Positions 23,862 through 45,689 are shown, numbered from the whole stretch's first letter. The stretch: 47,591 nt of DNA, filler included, from Jimgerdemannia flammicorona (GCA_003990765.1; 2 parts of 2 records of this genome joined end to end with filler, not necessarily neighbours in it), one strand, 5' to 3'. The notes: generated by a model not told the origin, from the sequence alone. Numbers and translations are program-made.

Positions 23862-26800
23862 GTGAAGGGGAGACAGCAGGTGTTAGGGCTGGAGGACTGG
23901 CTGAGGAAGAGCAAGGAGACTGAGAAGGCAGCAGTGCATGGGGGAGTAGCCCTTAGAAGAGGGAGCAGTGGAGCTGAGGGAGTAGTGGCTAGGGAGAGTG
24001 TGACTGCTGATGGCAATGGAACTGCCAATCTGAAAAAAAATCCAGATATAACAGCTGATAGTGAGGCTGAGTGGTTGAGGCTTAGAAGACAAGGAGATTT
24101 GGTGGATGGCATGATGGGCCTAGTGGTGGCTCCATTACTCAAAAAATCAATCTTGGTATTTATGATTATACTGTACTTCTGGAGCTTAGTGGTGATGGTG
24201 AAAATGGTGCTGGGGCTTATAGCTAAGCAGGTAGTAGGAGCTGCATCAGTGAAGTTTTTGAAGGGACTGAAGGGTGTGGAGGTGGGTTTTGAGGAAGCTG
24301 AGCTACTGGAGGAGGCACTGAAGATTGAGTTGGTAGTTGGGGAGGTGTGTATTCTGATAGCACAGTGTCTGAAATGGGATCTGAGGGTGGTCCAACTGCT
24401 GGTGAAAGGACTGCCCATGGTGACAGTGGGGGAGATGAGAAAGAGAGTGGAGGAAGTCATGGCAGAATATGGAGAGGTGGTGGATATTAGATTCAGGGTC
24501 TGGGAAGGAACCTTGCTCAGAACTAGTGACATGGATGTGAGGATTCAGCTGGTGGGGAAAGAAGCTACTGGGAAGATGAGGGACTGATCTTTGGTAATGG
24601 TCTGGGGAGTATTTCTGTGCAAGGTGACAAGGGTGAAGAGAAGTGAGGAGGAGGAAGAGGATTTATTGGAGGTGCTCAAAGAATTGAGTGGTGCTGTGGA
24701 GTAGTGAGCAGAGGCTTAAAAGGCCTTTGTAGAGTCAATGCACTTGGAGGTGGTGGATAGAAAGCAGATCCGAGTGGACAAGGTGCAGTGGGAAAGGGCT
24801 CAGGAGCATAAGAGACAGAAGGATCTGCTAGCTAAACTGGAAGGTAGACCACTGGAGGATGCAAGCAAGATGATGGGCATGGAGGGGGCCAAAGCGAGTG
24901 CCTGGGCTAGCAAGAGGGGTGGGAATGCCAGAAAGAAGACTGGGAAGGAGAAGGAGGTAAAGGTTAATGACCTGTATGCTGATGATATCTTTAAGGTTTG
25001 GGAAGAGGCCTGGGAGGACTCCCCCATCCTTTCTCTTCTTATCAGGCAAGGCCCAGCTTCCAGAAATAAGATAGTGGAGGACATGATAATTCTGAGGGCC
25101 CAACAGGTGAAATTCGGAGTTCCAGAGGTGACCAATGGGGGACATGGGGTGGCAGCCAGAGAGGAGGAACTGGTGGATGTCTCAGAGGTATAGGATGAGG
25201 CTGCGAGTACTGGAGCTGACACTACAATGCTGGATGGAGAGAGGCCAGTGACCCCTGGAGGGAAGGAGGTGAGGAACCTACTTTGGATATGCAGGATGAT
25301 GAATAACCTGGTGGCAGAAGAGTTGGGGGAGGTGGACTTGTGAATAATGGGTGATGAGCACTGGGTATGGATATTATAGTGGGATGGAGTGATGATGGCA
25401 CTGAAGACAGAAATTCTTATGGTGTATCTGGAGGAGGAGGGGTATGAAGTGGACAAGAAGCAGGAGGCAGAGATGGCAGTTGTCACTAGGGAGAGGGTTG
25501 AATACTACTGGAACAAGTGTTATGAATTACAGCTTTGGCAGGAGGCTTGTATTGAGTACCAGGAGGAGTTTGAGGAGAAGGCAGATGGGGAGATGAATGA
25601 GCTGCTGGCTGGATTGGAGGCTCAGAGGGCTGAAGAGGAGAAGGTGATGGCAGAACATAATCTGGACATAGCATAGAAGGAGATGAATATGGAGTAGTAG
25701 AGATTGACTAATAACAAAATATATTCATTATGAATAGTACAACCAACATTTTTTCTTTGAATGTGAATGGATTACGGGGTGCTGTTAGATGGAGGAACAT
25801 TTTTACTTGGCTGAAGGGATTGGAGGCTGATCTCTTCCTATTGCAGGATGTCAGGTGTGAGGTTGACTCAGATAGGATGAAATGGACAAAGGAATGGGAA
25901 GACATGGTGATTTGGAAAGGCAAGGTCAGGATTCTGGTTCAGAAGAGCAGAGGGGAGATAAGAGATGTGGGGAGCTAGAGAGAGAGGCTGGTCTGGGGTG
26001 AGTGGATTTGTGCAGGCTGGGAGCCAGTTACAGTTGGCTTCTATTACTGCCCTGCTGTATGGGGTGAGCATGTAAATTGGGTGAAGGGTCTACAGGAGAG
26101 TGGAATCCTTACAGAGGCTGGGGTGGATATGCTTGGGGGAGATTTCAATATGGTTTGGGATATACTGATGGATAGCACAGATGGAGGACAGGGTGCTGAG
26201 AGCAGGAGCAGGGGACTGGTAATGTGGGAGGAAGTAGAAAGACTTAGTGCACTAGTAGATACAGGTAGGGAGTACTGGGGAGATAGGAGGGTTTATACGC
26301 ATTGGGCTGGGGGCCTGGGGACTAAGATTGACTGGATTCTGACAGCCAGCTGCTGGGGCCAAGATGTTTGGATGTTGCTGGAGGTAGAATGGTACCCATG
26401 GTCAGATCACTGGGGCCTTTTGGGACAGGGGTGCTTTGGGGGAAGTGGAGATGGGCCTAGACATTGGCACCTAAATTCCTCTTTGTTAGATGACAAGTCC
26501 TGGTGGAATAAGTGGGCTAAAGACATTCAGCTGAGGGTGGAGAACTGGCAACAGGAAGGTGCCTCAATTGGGGTTTGGTGGATGAAGATGAAAGAGATGG
26601 CCAGGATTTACTGGAGTGAGGCTGGCAGGGAGGTGGGGAAGTAGAGAAGGCGAAGAGTGCAGTGGGCTTCTACTAGATTGACTAGGCTTCTGGAGGAGTG
26701 GGCAAGACTGGCAATATTAGAAGAAGAAGAAGATTGGAGAGTATTGAGGGTAAAGATGGAGGTTGGGGAACTACAATAAGTGCTGCGGGAAGAGGAAGAG

Positions 26801-29445
26801 GTAAGGGTGCAAAGCTTGGTGATATGGCTTCATTGGCAGGTGCTGGAGGAAAGAGAGAGGCCTTCCAAGTTTCTCATGAGGGCCCTTAGGGCAAGAAGAG
26901 TATAGCAATGATGGGAAGGGGTACTCGACTTGGATGGTGTGCTAGTGCATGGGGTGCAGGACATTCTTGGATTATTGAAGAAATGCTGGAGCAGATTGTG
27001 GAGTAAGGAGGAGGGTGGGGCAGATGCTGCTACCATTGACTGAATATTGGAGGATTGGCACCCACCACAGATAGAGGGGCTAGATGACCTGGTGATGTCT
27101 GTAAAGGAGAATGAGATCCACCAGGTTCTTACTGCAATAACCCCAGGTATGGTACCTGGAGAGGATGGTCTGCCCTGGGACTTCTGGAAGCAAATGGTTG
27201 GAGTTCTAGGTGTGATGAGAGAGATGATGGCATTGTATGACTTTATATTACAGACAGAGAGATGGGTGGGGGAGCAGGATCTTGGACTGGTGATGCTGCT
27301 TTATAAGAACAAAGGAAGATGAGAGGATTGGAAGAACTGGAGGCTGATAATGTTGCTAGATATAGACAGAAAGTTGGTGACTAAGGTGGTAGTTGCAAGA
27401 CTACAGAAGGTGGCCCAGCAAGTCATGGGTGTTGAGCAGAGGGGATTTGTAGGTGGTTAGCTCATTAGAGATGGTACAGCCTGGGTATATGGAGTTATTG
27501 AAGGGGCAAGAGCCTGTGGACTAGATGGGCATCTAGTCTTCTTGGACCAGGAGAAGGCTTACAACCAGATGCAATGAGTCTGGCTGGCAAAGGTATTGGA
27601 TAGAACAGGGGTTCTATATCAATTTCAGTCAGCAATGGTCAGCCTACTGGAAGGGAGTAGGGCTGCACCCATGTGTAATGGACATAGAGGGGTAGCATTC
27701 CCCCTGGGTAGGAGGGTGCTCCAGGGGGACCCACTGTCCCCCATTTTGTATGCCCTTTCTCTGAAACCCCTAATGGACAAAATTAGGTGGAGGATAGCAG
27801 GGCTCTCTATCTATGAAATTGGGTGGAAAGTTGGGGCCTTTGTGGATAACATAGTGGTTGGGTTGGGATCAATTGTGGATGTTGAGGAGCTCAAGAAGAC
27901 AGTGGAGTGGTATGAGGAGAACTCTGGGACTAAGCTGAATTGATACAAGTGTAAAACAATGGTACTAGGCAATAGCCTAATGAGGGGAGAAGTTATAGAA
28001 ACAATTGTCCCCACCAGTGAGGCAGTGTGGTACTTGGGCATCTATTTGTCAGTCTATGGGTTAGTTCTGCCCAGGCTTTGGTGGGAGTAGAGGATTGTAA
28101 TCTGGGAGAAGGACCTATGGGGTTGGAGGGGAAGACACTTTTCTCTGGCAGGGCGGGTCTCAATTTTGAATGTATATTGGCTGCCGAAGCTGTGGTATTT
28201 GGCTTATCATCTGGACTTCCCAGTCTGGGTGGTGAAGAGATTGATGAAGGTGGTAAAGGGATGGATTTGGGCTAGCAGATAGAGTCAGATTGATTGAGAG
28301 ACCTTGTCCCTACCAGTGACAAGAGGTGGTCTTGGGCTGGTGGACTTTCCCCAATGACTACACTGCTTGAGGGCATGGTGGCTAAAGAGGGTGATGGAGT
28401 TGCAAGGGAGTGATTGGATTCCCCTGCTGCAGAAGATCTGGGAGAGGCAGATATTGCTGAGAGGCTCAACTGGTAATCTCTTCTCATTGGTTGGACTTCA
28501 GAACACTGAACAATTGTGATATAAAGAATTCTGGTGGGGGATAGTGGAGGGGGTGCACTGCATTGGTATTCGCTGACAGGAGAATGAGGGGGAGGTGGCT
28601 TGGGACCTGGTGATGTAGAGATGAGATAGTATACTGCTGGGTGGCATTCCTTTAATTGAGTTTAATATTGGTGATAGAGTGGAATACCAAAGGGGACTGG
28701 ACCAGGATCTGTAGCCTAGCAGTTGGCAAGGAGTTGGAATTGGAGAAGAGTGGAACTAGTAGAGTGTTTGGACCTGGAGTGCTGCAGTATATAAGTGGAT
28801 GCCACCGAAGTACTGGGTGGTCTGGTGGCACATGCTGAGGAGGAATGTAATGTTCAACTTCTGCTCAGGGCACCTTATCATAGGGGGTTACTTCGACTGT
28901 GAGGAGTGCCATAATGTAGAGCAGGAAGGGGACTTTGTACAGATGCCAGAATATTGGCTAGAAGAGTGCGAGATGTTGGGGGACTTTTGGTGGGCTATCG
29001 GAGACCACCTGGGGGTGAGATGTAGCAGAGGTGAAGTATGAGGGAGGTGAGAGGACTTGAGGGATCAATTGGTAGAGGGAGTAGGAAAGGAATGGCTTAT
29101 CTTAGGCTGGGCATTAGCTATTTGGATGGGGCTGGCCAGTTACTGGCTCTTTGTTTTTGAGGATGGGAGGAGACAGAGCTTGAAGAGCCAGTTGTTATGG
29201 TGGCAGAGTTTTATGGAAGACACCTTGACAGGCTGGTGGCTTGGTTGGGGGCTGCAGAGTGGTCAGAGGTACTGCTTAGTGAAAAAAATCTATAGACAGA
29301 GTGGTGGGAGAGTTGGAGTCATTGGTGAGAGGATGGTCTTTATTCATAAGGAGGTGGGGAGGGGCTCTCCTATGGGGATTGGGTAGTAGGTGGTAATATT
29401 GTATACTTATTTATGGACTGGTAATAAAGATAGAGTCCAAGTGAC

Positions 29446-29481
<36 letters not shown>
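23862..29481 (+). mobile_element. LINE copy 3 (5'-truncated, degenerate; ORF1 to ~25700, ORF2 25730-29386)
   Basis: Colinear with copy 1; ends GGTAATAAAGATAGAGTCCAAGTGACTAT plus poly(A) 29449-29481. Confidence 0.92.
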
Positions 29482-29483
<2 letters not shown>

Positions 29484-31269
29484 AAAAGAAAAAGCAAAAG
29501 AACACTCTAGCATTTAGAAAGAGTTTACAAAAGAGTATATAGAGAATGGAGACATCACTAGAGTCAAATGTAATCACTGTAAAATGACATATAAGTTTAT
29601 TAGTGGCTCTACAATAAATCTACAAGTACATTTTGATAAATTTCACAAAAGTTGTCAAGCAGGAGCAATAGAATCATTTTTCTCAAAAGTATGGTTTTTT
29701 TTTTTTTCTTATTAATTTATTACTATTTTTCTTTTATATTAAATAGCCAAGATTTTCTATGAAATTATTTCAAGATATACTTATTTACTAAATTATCTAT
29801 GACAGTTAACCTCCCACAGTTGTTGAGAATTCAGAGCTAAGAGATGTTTTTTGTCTTCTGAAACTAGATATTACTATTCCTTCTGCTGGAACTATATAAA
29901 GTGAAATTAAACTAGCCTTTCAACAGAATCATAATGCTGTCAAAATTACACTACAGGTAAGATTAATATTTAACTTTGAATATTAATTTCAATATTTTGA
30001 ATTAATCTCATTTCAATTTAATTTATTTCAAAATAGAATATACCAGGTTGAATATCCTTCACTGTTGACACATGGACATCATCAAATATGTACATATTTC
30101 TTGGAATTAATGCATATTGGATTTGTCAAAATTGGTAACTCAATTGTATATTGATTGATTTTATTAAGCTGTCAAGATCTCATTCTGGCAAAAATCTTGC
30201 TAGTGCCTTTGGGAGCTGTGTTTGAGATTTTGGTATATAGACAAAGGTATGTAAAGAGTGAGTGAGCCTTTTAAAAGAGGTTTTCAAAAAAGATCAGGTT
30301 TTCAAAAAAGATCAAAAGATCAGATTTTTGAAAATGGTTGTTTTTGAAAAAGCTCAGATTTTTGAAAAAGGTTGGGTTTTCAAAAAGGTCAGATTTTCAA
30401 AAAAGGTTGAGTTTTTAATAAAGGTTGGGTTTTTAAAAAATAGTTATCTTATATTTCAAATTATCAATTTTTCACTCTAGATTTTGGCTATAACAATAGA
30501 CAATATATCCAACAACAATACATTTTTTTAAACAATTGGAATGGAGTTCAATCATAGCCTCAACTATCAGCCAATATAATATGTATACTGCATGACTCAT
30601 ATTATTAATTTGGCTGTTCAAGCCTTTTTAATATATCTGAAGGCTGATGATGATGGAGAAATGATTTTAAGTCTTTGAATAAGTATCATCAAGATCCAGT
30701 CATTACCACAGCATTGTAAGAGATTTATTGTACAATGTAAAGCCTATGGAATCAACAATCTAAAGGAACTTATTTTGGATGTTAAGACTCAGTGGAATTT
30801 GACATATTCAATAATTGAATGGATCATCAAATTATTAGAGGTAATTATATTTAATTATATTTAATTTGTTGAATAATATGGGTCTGTTATACCTGAGTCT
30901 AATCTAATGAATTAATTTTTATTAATAGTCCTTAAATTCAACAGTTATAGCTGATAAAGATTTGCAACAATATGTTATTAGAGATTGTACTTGGCAGTTG
31001 CTAAAAGATATTATTTTGGTGTTATTTTTAACATACAATAGATCTTGCAACTCAGCAAAAATATTCAACAATTTATTCTACTATTCTGATTTACAACTTT
31101 CTACTAGATATATTGAAGGATAATGACCAAGTAATTTGAAATCATATAGCAGAACCAGAAGAAACTGAAGAGCCAAATACTCTCATTCAACAGGTACTAA
31201 TAGTAGTTATTGATAAGTTGAAGAAATACTATTCAATGACAGATCATCCAATTTATTATATTGATACTG
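29482..31269 (+). pseudogene. hAT transposase with BED zinc finger, intron-containing, 3' part lost
   Basis: KCNHCK…HFDKFH BED finger; SFTVDTWTS; ITIDN; CMTHIINLAVQ; DVKTQWNLTY; DKLKKYY. Introns at 29689-29746, 29957-30036, 30247-30480 and 30841-30928. Confidence 0.9.
30268..30440. repeat. Intronic tandem GGTTTT(C/TG)AAAAA repeat
   Basis: Roughly 18-bp units inside intron 30247-30480. Confidence 0.7.
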
Positions 31270-31290
31270 ATAAGTAAATATTTTGAACAA

Positions 31291-38720
<7,430 letters not shown>

Positions 38721-39243
38721 CACTAGTTACAAGTTGTGACTTAATTATGACTCATCTTGATTAGAAAATGATTTGTATCTAAACTCATAATAACTCATAA
38801 TGACTCTGGTGATATATATACTACTGCAAGTCAGGTGACTCTATACTCTGGACTAAAGAAGAAGACTCTCAAGATATAAAAGAAGTATTAAGAGAAGAAG
38901 TATAAAGCATTAACTACAAATAAGAAACTTACTACAAAAATAAAATATCTGTTATCTGCTAAACAGTAAGATCAAGAAGCTACTCTGGTCTATTAGTTTA
39001 AGAATACATATTTACTAATATCAAGAGAGCAATGAAATTACATACAAGAAGAACTCCTAGTCTGAACCTCTATATAAGAGACTTCTACTACTATACTCTC
39101 AACTGCTAAGAAATAGAGACAAAAATCACTGCCACTACTGAGTATCATTGAATATAGCAAGAATATGAGATGTGATATCACCTCTACCAAAAGTTCATAT
39201 AAGCCAGCTCTTAAGAAATTACAGATACCATATATGTATATAG

Positions 39244-39701
39244 TGTAACGTAGCGGACGCTTACTCTTGAAAGTACGTCGGATTTCTGTATCTTGAAAAC
39301 TTGACTGTTCTGACTCTCGCAGAGTCTCTTGAAGTGGCAGGGGAAGGGTGGGTGAGTTCGAAGTGTATCTGCCCGCAGGCTTACTAGTTCCTTTGCTATC
39401 TCTTTGCTTTGAACTATTTCAATCTGAGGTTTATTCACTCGAAGATACTGGGTTATTTATACAAGTTTGCTAGCTATGAGAGGGTGGCTAAGTAATAAAT
39501 GAGTCATTTGGACTTTGTCGAAACATTTAGACAATGTCTAAATGCTATGCTAAATCGGGGTATTCGATTTGGATAATGTCTAAAATTTAGACAATGTCAA
39601 AATCGAGGACTGCTAACTATGATGCTATACTACTTTGGGAATGGGTGCGATCAAGTGTCTATTCCCTATTTCCTTCTTCCAAATCTGGCTGTACTGTCAC
39701 A
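39244..39701 (-). mobile_element. Solo LTR (458 bp)
   Basis: TGT…ACA termini, 4-bp TSD ATAG, TATAAATA and AATAAA on the minus strand at ~39460 and ~39432. CpG-rich relative to its flanks. Confidence 0.75.
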
Positions 39702-40090
39702 ATAGACAGACATAAATAGAAATTGGTCAAAAGAGTCCACCAGATCTTCAGATATACACTCTGAGTTATTTCTAATCTGAAATATATCAAAGTTTCTGAT
39801 ATTTAATAACTAATAAGCTACTCTATAGACTATTTCAAGAAAATGATTACAGAAGTGACCCAATCTATTATTATAGTTAAGAGTGATAAAATTCAAGATC
39901 TTTGGAACTTCATTCTAAAGGACAATCTAGACCAATTTATCTATAGTCTGATTACACTATTTCAAGGCCCTCTCTTGAGAGTCTACTATCTTCAGAATTC
40001 TATAGATATTCCCTACTTTGTAGATGACCTCACTATTGACTAGAGATCTCAAGAGCAGAAGGATCTTGTATTCTTTGATGACATCATTCC

Positions 40091-40451
40091 TAGTGCTCTC
40101 AATGAATTGAATTAAATCAAAGGTCCAATTTGATTCAATTCAAATTGAATTGAAGGCTAATTTAATTTGAGGTCTGATTCAAACAGTATTTTTCAAAATG
40201 TAAAAACTCAACAAATATGTATCCAAATTCAATAATCTTCAGCTTATTAGATTTCCCTAATATAGGGGAATCTAACAAGCTAAAGAATATTGAATTTGGA
40301 TATATATTCATTGAGTTATTACATTTCAAAAAATAGGGTTCAAATCAGACCCTCAATTCAATTTGAATTTGATTTGATTCAAACTTAATTTGATTCAAAT
40401 GACCCTCAATTTGATTTGATTCAAATTAATTCAATTCATTTGAGAGTACTA
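40091..40451. mobile_element. Non-autonomous hAT MITE, fold-back, second family
   Basis: TIRs TAGTGCTCTCAATGAATTGAATT / AATTCAATTCATTTGAGAGTACTA. 8-bp TSD ATCATTCC/ATCACCCC. Palindrome centre near 40260. Confidence 0.85.
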
Positions 40452-40939
40452 ATCACCCCCTCAGATACTTTGGAGAATAATGGCAACCCACTTATTTTAT
40501 TAAAAGATGATATCAATAACTTCCTTTCTTTATTCCCAGAGCACCCAACTGACTTCAGCACAACTGTGGAGGATGCAGAAAATGATTTGGCCAGACTCTC
40601 TGAAGAAAATAAGGAAGAGGATGAGGATGACAAATCTCAGTTATATTGAATTTTAAGATATATCCCTTTAACTTTTTTGCACCTATATTTAGAGGCAATA
40701 TTTTAAAAGTTTATAACTTTTAAAATCATAATAGCTTTTTTAAAAAAAAATTTACCAATAATTTTTTATATAATAATTCTACCTTTGGTAAAAATTTTAC
40801 AAAAAAAAAAAAAAATTGTTTTTAAACAAATTGAGATATATTTTTAACAGAAAAACAATGTTTCAAAAAATCATTTTTTTCAAACTTTAATTTGTCTGCT
40901 AAATGATTTTAAAAGATGATCTTATCTACAAACAAAGAG

Positions 40940-41171
40940 ATATGTATTTGGTCCTAATTGATAAGATTCTATTTATATAAATCTTGTGTTCTGTGACTTC
41001 GTATTGACTCAGCTTTGTGTACTGTAACTTTGGTTTGACTCAGCTTTATGATTGAGCAGGTGATTTTCCAGATTGTTTGGCTATCACATGTGATTTCAGT
41101 GGGTTGTTCAGAGGGTGACATGTGATTTCTGTGGTTTGGAGGTTGTACACTTACAACTCTCTCCTTCTTAG
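40940..41171 (-). mobile_element. Polypurine tract plus truncated start of the TGTAAG LTR
   Basis: Minus strand reads AAGAAGGAGAGAGT-TGTAAG…; 41155-40940 matches ~607-822. Confidence 0.75.
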
Positions 41172-41583
41172 CTTTTGACGTCCTCATCAGAGCCTTTTAA
41201 TTTGTTCTAGTATTATTATACCATTTGGGAGATCAAAAGTCCAGTAAAGTCTATTTTTCTCAGAAAGTGGTATGCTCATAATACAGTTGCCTAATATATT
41301 GAATTTATATATTAAAGGATCATATATTCAATACCATATACCAGAAGTAATTCTGACATCATTCACTACTAGAGAATTTCCTCTAAGGAATCTTCTTAAA
41401 TGTCTATATCTTATTTTCCATCAGTGGTATGGGAAGAATAAGCTTGCTTTTAGTTTTGCTGTTTTTCTAAAGTATCAGTATTCTTTGTCTTATCTTGCTG
41501 AGCTCTTGATTTTTGTTCATGATAATTATAATGTTCAGAAGAGTAATATATAGTATATACTAATAGAAGCAGAGTATTTGGTT

Positions 41584-44500
41584 TTAGTTGTTCAAGGAAT
41601 CATATTCCTGAACTAAGTTAGTAGCATTCTGGAGGTTGGTCTTGGGTTCCCATATTGCATTATAGATCAGGTAACCTTTCCATTTGACAAGATATTCAGA
41701 GTGATTCTTGTGGCCATACTTATTGAGGATTTGTTCAACTTCATATTCTTCTTGATCATTAATAATGATAGATGCAGGTGGTTTGGTAGTCTGGTTTAGA
41801 AATAGCTCATCATTATTCTTATTGTATTGCTTGAGATATTGGACATTAAAGACTGGATAGACTTTAATGATGTCTGGTAGTGCCAATTTTTAGGAGGTCA
41901 GAGAGACTTGTGCAATGACTTTGAATGGTCCAATAAACTTGCTGTTCAGCTTTATAGATGATCTGTGCTTGAGGTTGTCATCTCAGTATCCTCAGATATC
42001 TAGTAGAACTTTTTCTTTGATATCAAAGGTTTCTTATTAGTAGTGTTGGTTAATATACTGTGACTGTTATTCTTGAGCTCATGATAAGTTCTCAATTGTG
42101 ATCTGACTTAGATTATATATTTGAAGTAGGAATTCTTCAATAGCTTCAACTGTGGAGAATTTATCAGTTGTTCAGATAAGTATCAGAGGGGTGTTTGGGT
42201 TTTGTTCAGTGTTGGTGAAGAATGGGATCATTTCAAGAGAGGCTTACTTGCTGTTGTTATAGGTAAACTCGACTGCAGTAAGGTATTCATGCCAATTATC
42301 TTGTCTATAAGAAATATAGTTCCTTAGTATTTGTTCCAGAGTTCAGTTCATTCTTTCAGTTTGGTCATCAGTTTCAGAGTAAAAGGCTGTAGATAGTGCA
42401 AGTTTCATTCCAAGGTGTGCATGGAGGGCTTTTCAAAAATGGCTGGTGAATTTTGGGTCTCAGTCACTAATGATAATCTTAGAAAGACCATGATAGCAGA
42501 AGATGTTGTCAAACAAGAGTGTAGCTATGTCTGGTGCTGTTGTAGTAGTAGTAGTTGACACAAAGTGGGCTTGTTTACTAAGATAGTCTACAAAGATAAT
42601 GATTGCATCTTTCCCATTCTTGGTTCAGGGTAGCTATATAATGAAGTCCATGGAGATTTGTTCCCAATTAGCAGATAGTACCAGGATAGGCCAGGTTTTG
42701 CTAGTATTGAGGACTTATTGCATTGGCAGGCATTACAGGAAGTGATGTAGGTCTTTAGCTGATCTGCCATACAGGGCCAATAGAAGTTCCAGGAGATAAC
42801 TTCATAGCATTTATCAAATCCTAAATGTCCAGCTATAGGGGCATTATGATATTCAAATAGGATAGTCCTTTGGAGGTCTCAGTTGTTTGGAACATACAAT
42901 CTGTTCTTGTAGTAGATAATATCATCCTTTAGTTAGTATTGATGATACTGAGTATACTTGTTAGTATTGTCACTGCTCAGGATTTTCTCAGAGTGCTTGA
43001 GCTTCTTTATCATCCACACAGGCTGTGATAATTTGTTCTATGATAGTGTTGGTAACCAAAGTGAGAGTTTGGATAACTTCTTCAATTGGTGGTCTTGAGA
43101 TTACATTGGTACAGAGTGATACTGGATTTCATAGTTAAAGTTAGTGAGGACTTTTATCCATCTGGCTTGTTTTCAAGAAAGGGTAGCCTGGGTCTTGATG
43201 TTGACTAATGACTTGTGGTCAGTCAATACTGTGAAGTATGCTCCTTTTAGGTATGGTTGCCATTTGATCAGAGTGTCTACAATGGCTAGCATTTCCTTCT
43301 CATGGATTATATAGTTGATTTTGGTATCATTGAACTTATAAGAGTGATAGGCCACAAGGTGTCCTTCTTGCATGAGTACTGCTCCAAGAGCTAGGTTAGA
43401 GGTATTAGTAGTAACTTCATATGGTAGGGCAGGGTTTGCTACTTGAAGTACTGGAGTAGTTATCAAGGTATCCTTCAGTACTTAAAAGGTGGTATCTTAC
43501 TTGGGTCCCTAATTTACAAGATTGTTGAAGTCTTTCTCTTATTTCATAGTTTAGAGCTGTTCCTCTTTCTTGCTGTACTTGGTCATTTGGGTAAGGGCAG
43601 TAGTAATTTTGGCAAAGTTGGCAACAAATCATCTGTAATAGTTTGCTAATCTCAGAAATAACTAGAGGTCTTTTAGCTTCTTGGGTCTGGACCAATCCTT
43701 GATTGCAGAGATTTTGCTGAGATCTACTTTGATTCCATTTGGCATAATAATATATCCAAGGAATTAGATTTCTTTCAGGAGAAATTTACATTTGCTAAGT
43801 TTTGCAAAGAGTTAGTTTTCCTGGAGTTTTAGTAGTACTAGTTCAAGGTGTTCAAGATGTTCTTCTAGGGTTTTGCTGAAGATTAGGATGTTGTCAATGT
43901 AGACAATAATGAATTTGTCTAGGTATGGGTACAGAATGGTGTTCATCAGTATCTAAAAGATTGCAGGAGCATTGGTTAAGCCAAAAGGCATAACCAGAAA
44001 CTCAAAGTGTCTATAGTGAGTTCAGAAGACTGTCTTGTAGATGTCTTCTTCTTTCATAGCAATTTGCCAGTAACCATTTCATGGGTCAAAAGAGCTCATG
44101 AATTGTGGGTTGGTAAGCCTATTGAATATTTCATTGATTCTGAGTAGTGGGCAACAGTTCTTGATGGTCTGTTCATTGAGGTTGCAGTAATCAATACACA
44201 TTTGCAGGTCTTCTTTCTTGACAACAAAGAGAACTGGTATACTATAAGATGATATACCAGGTTTGATGAATTCTTGTTCTAAGAGTTTGTCGATTTCTTT
44301 CTTAAGTGCATCAATTTCTCTTAGAGATATATAGTAGATTGACTTGAAGGCTGGTTTGGCATCTGGGATAGTCTTGATGACATGGTCTACTACTTGTTTA
44401 AGTGGTAGGCCTTTCAGAAGTTTCTTTGAGAATATGTCTCAGAATTTCTGGAATAGGGGTCTAACATGGCTATCAACTTTGGAAAAGTCTTCTTCAGAGT

Positions 44501-45030
44501 TCTCAGGTTCTCCTTTGGATGGGTGGATGGAGATGGCAAAGAGAGGGCATTTCTTGGCCAATTTCTTAAGTTGTAGCTTATTGATGTGGGTGATCTTTGG
44601 TCCAGGGTTACTAGGACTGAGTGGGTCCTTTTTACCTTATAGTTTGAAGTTGTGGTATCCTTTCTTGATAGTCAGAGAATGGTTTACCCAATCAATCATA
44701 GGGTTCTCTTATTTCAACCATGGGGTTCCAAGAATGATTTCATTATCAGAAAGTGATATGATCTGAAGAGTAACATGTACTTGATAGTCACCAATTTAGA
44801 AGGGTAGGTTGTGGACTTCCTTGCTAATAATATGTGAGGTTCCATTAGCTGTAGCAACTGCTTGAGTTTGTTGTACCAGAAAGGTGAAGACCTTGAGTCT
44901 GTTGGCTGTTTCTTTATTTATGAAATTGCCTGAGGCACCACTGTCTATCATAATCTTAACAGGTGCTTGGTTGATAAAAGCTTGAAGTATAAGCAATTTG
45001 TCTGATCCAATAGTGGTGATTTTGGTTATA
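41584..45030 (-). pseudogene. Gypsy pol (protease, RT, RNase H, integrase, chromodomain)
   Basis: [49 protein letters not shown]…EKEMLAIV…TDHKSL; GHLGFDK…CNACQ; GPF; YEVEQIL…YLVKWKGY…WEP. Confidence 0.92.
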
Positions 45031-45212
45031 GGGGCTTTCCTTCTATTGGTTCTTCTTTGAGCCAATTCATTGACACAAGAGAAGCAATCGTCAATCATTT
45101 GGAAAGAGTACATTCCAATGCCATGGAGATATCAGCCACTGGGTACATATCTGTCTTTGATTTTCTTGTAGAATTGTTCTTCCTTGTTTATTATAGGTTG
45201 TGCTGGGGCCTT

Positions 45213-45630
45213 GTTAGATGAGCCAAATCCTTTGGATCCTCAGATAGTGGGCAGTAGTTCAGGAACTTCCTTGACTGTCAGGGTTGACTCAATTTTCTCA
45301 AATAGGATCTGAGCAATGCAGAAACTAATGGAGATCTTGAAGGGTATCCAACTATGATTTTGGATAAGGATGATAATTTTACCTGTATAATCTTCATCAA
45401 TAACTCCTCCTTTTACTGAGAGTCCTTTCACTGCTAGGCTGCTGTGACAGTATATTCTTTCAATATGTCCTTCAGGGATTTGGATACTGATTCCTGTATA
45501 GACTTGCTTGACTTCTCAGTTAGAAACTATAGCTTCTTCAACTACATACAGGTCATATCCGGCTGCTTTTTGACTTTCTTTAGTTGGGGCCTTGGCAGTT
45601 TGTCTTAACTTGACAAGGTCTAGTGTTCTG
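45213..45630 (-). pseudogene. dut: dUTPase domain
   Basis: Trimeric dUTPase motifs in order: AAGYDLY, (H)SSLA, GGVIDEDYTG, IAQILF, (R>stop)GSKGFGSS. Confidence 0.9.
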
Positions 45631-45689
45631 GTAGTCAGGTTATTGAGGTAGTGCAGAGTGGTAACAGTTACTTATGTTGCTGTTCAGGG

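Noticed and set aside
19235..29481. Tandem or dimeric LINE formed by copies 2 and 3
   Set aside because: They are separated by the contig linker, so adjacency is unsupported.
18259..31269. The two hAT transposase pieces as halves of one gene
   Set aside because: They are on opposite strands, differ in composition, overlap in the protein region they encode, and lie on different sides of the linker.
38735..39222. Possible additional old LTR (TGTGAC…ATTACA)
   Set aside because: No TSD and no second copy in the window; too decayed to support.
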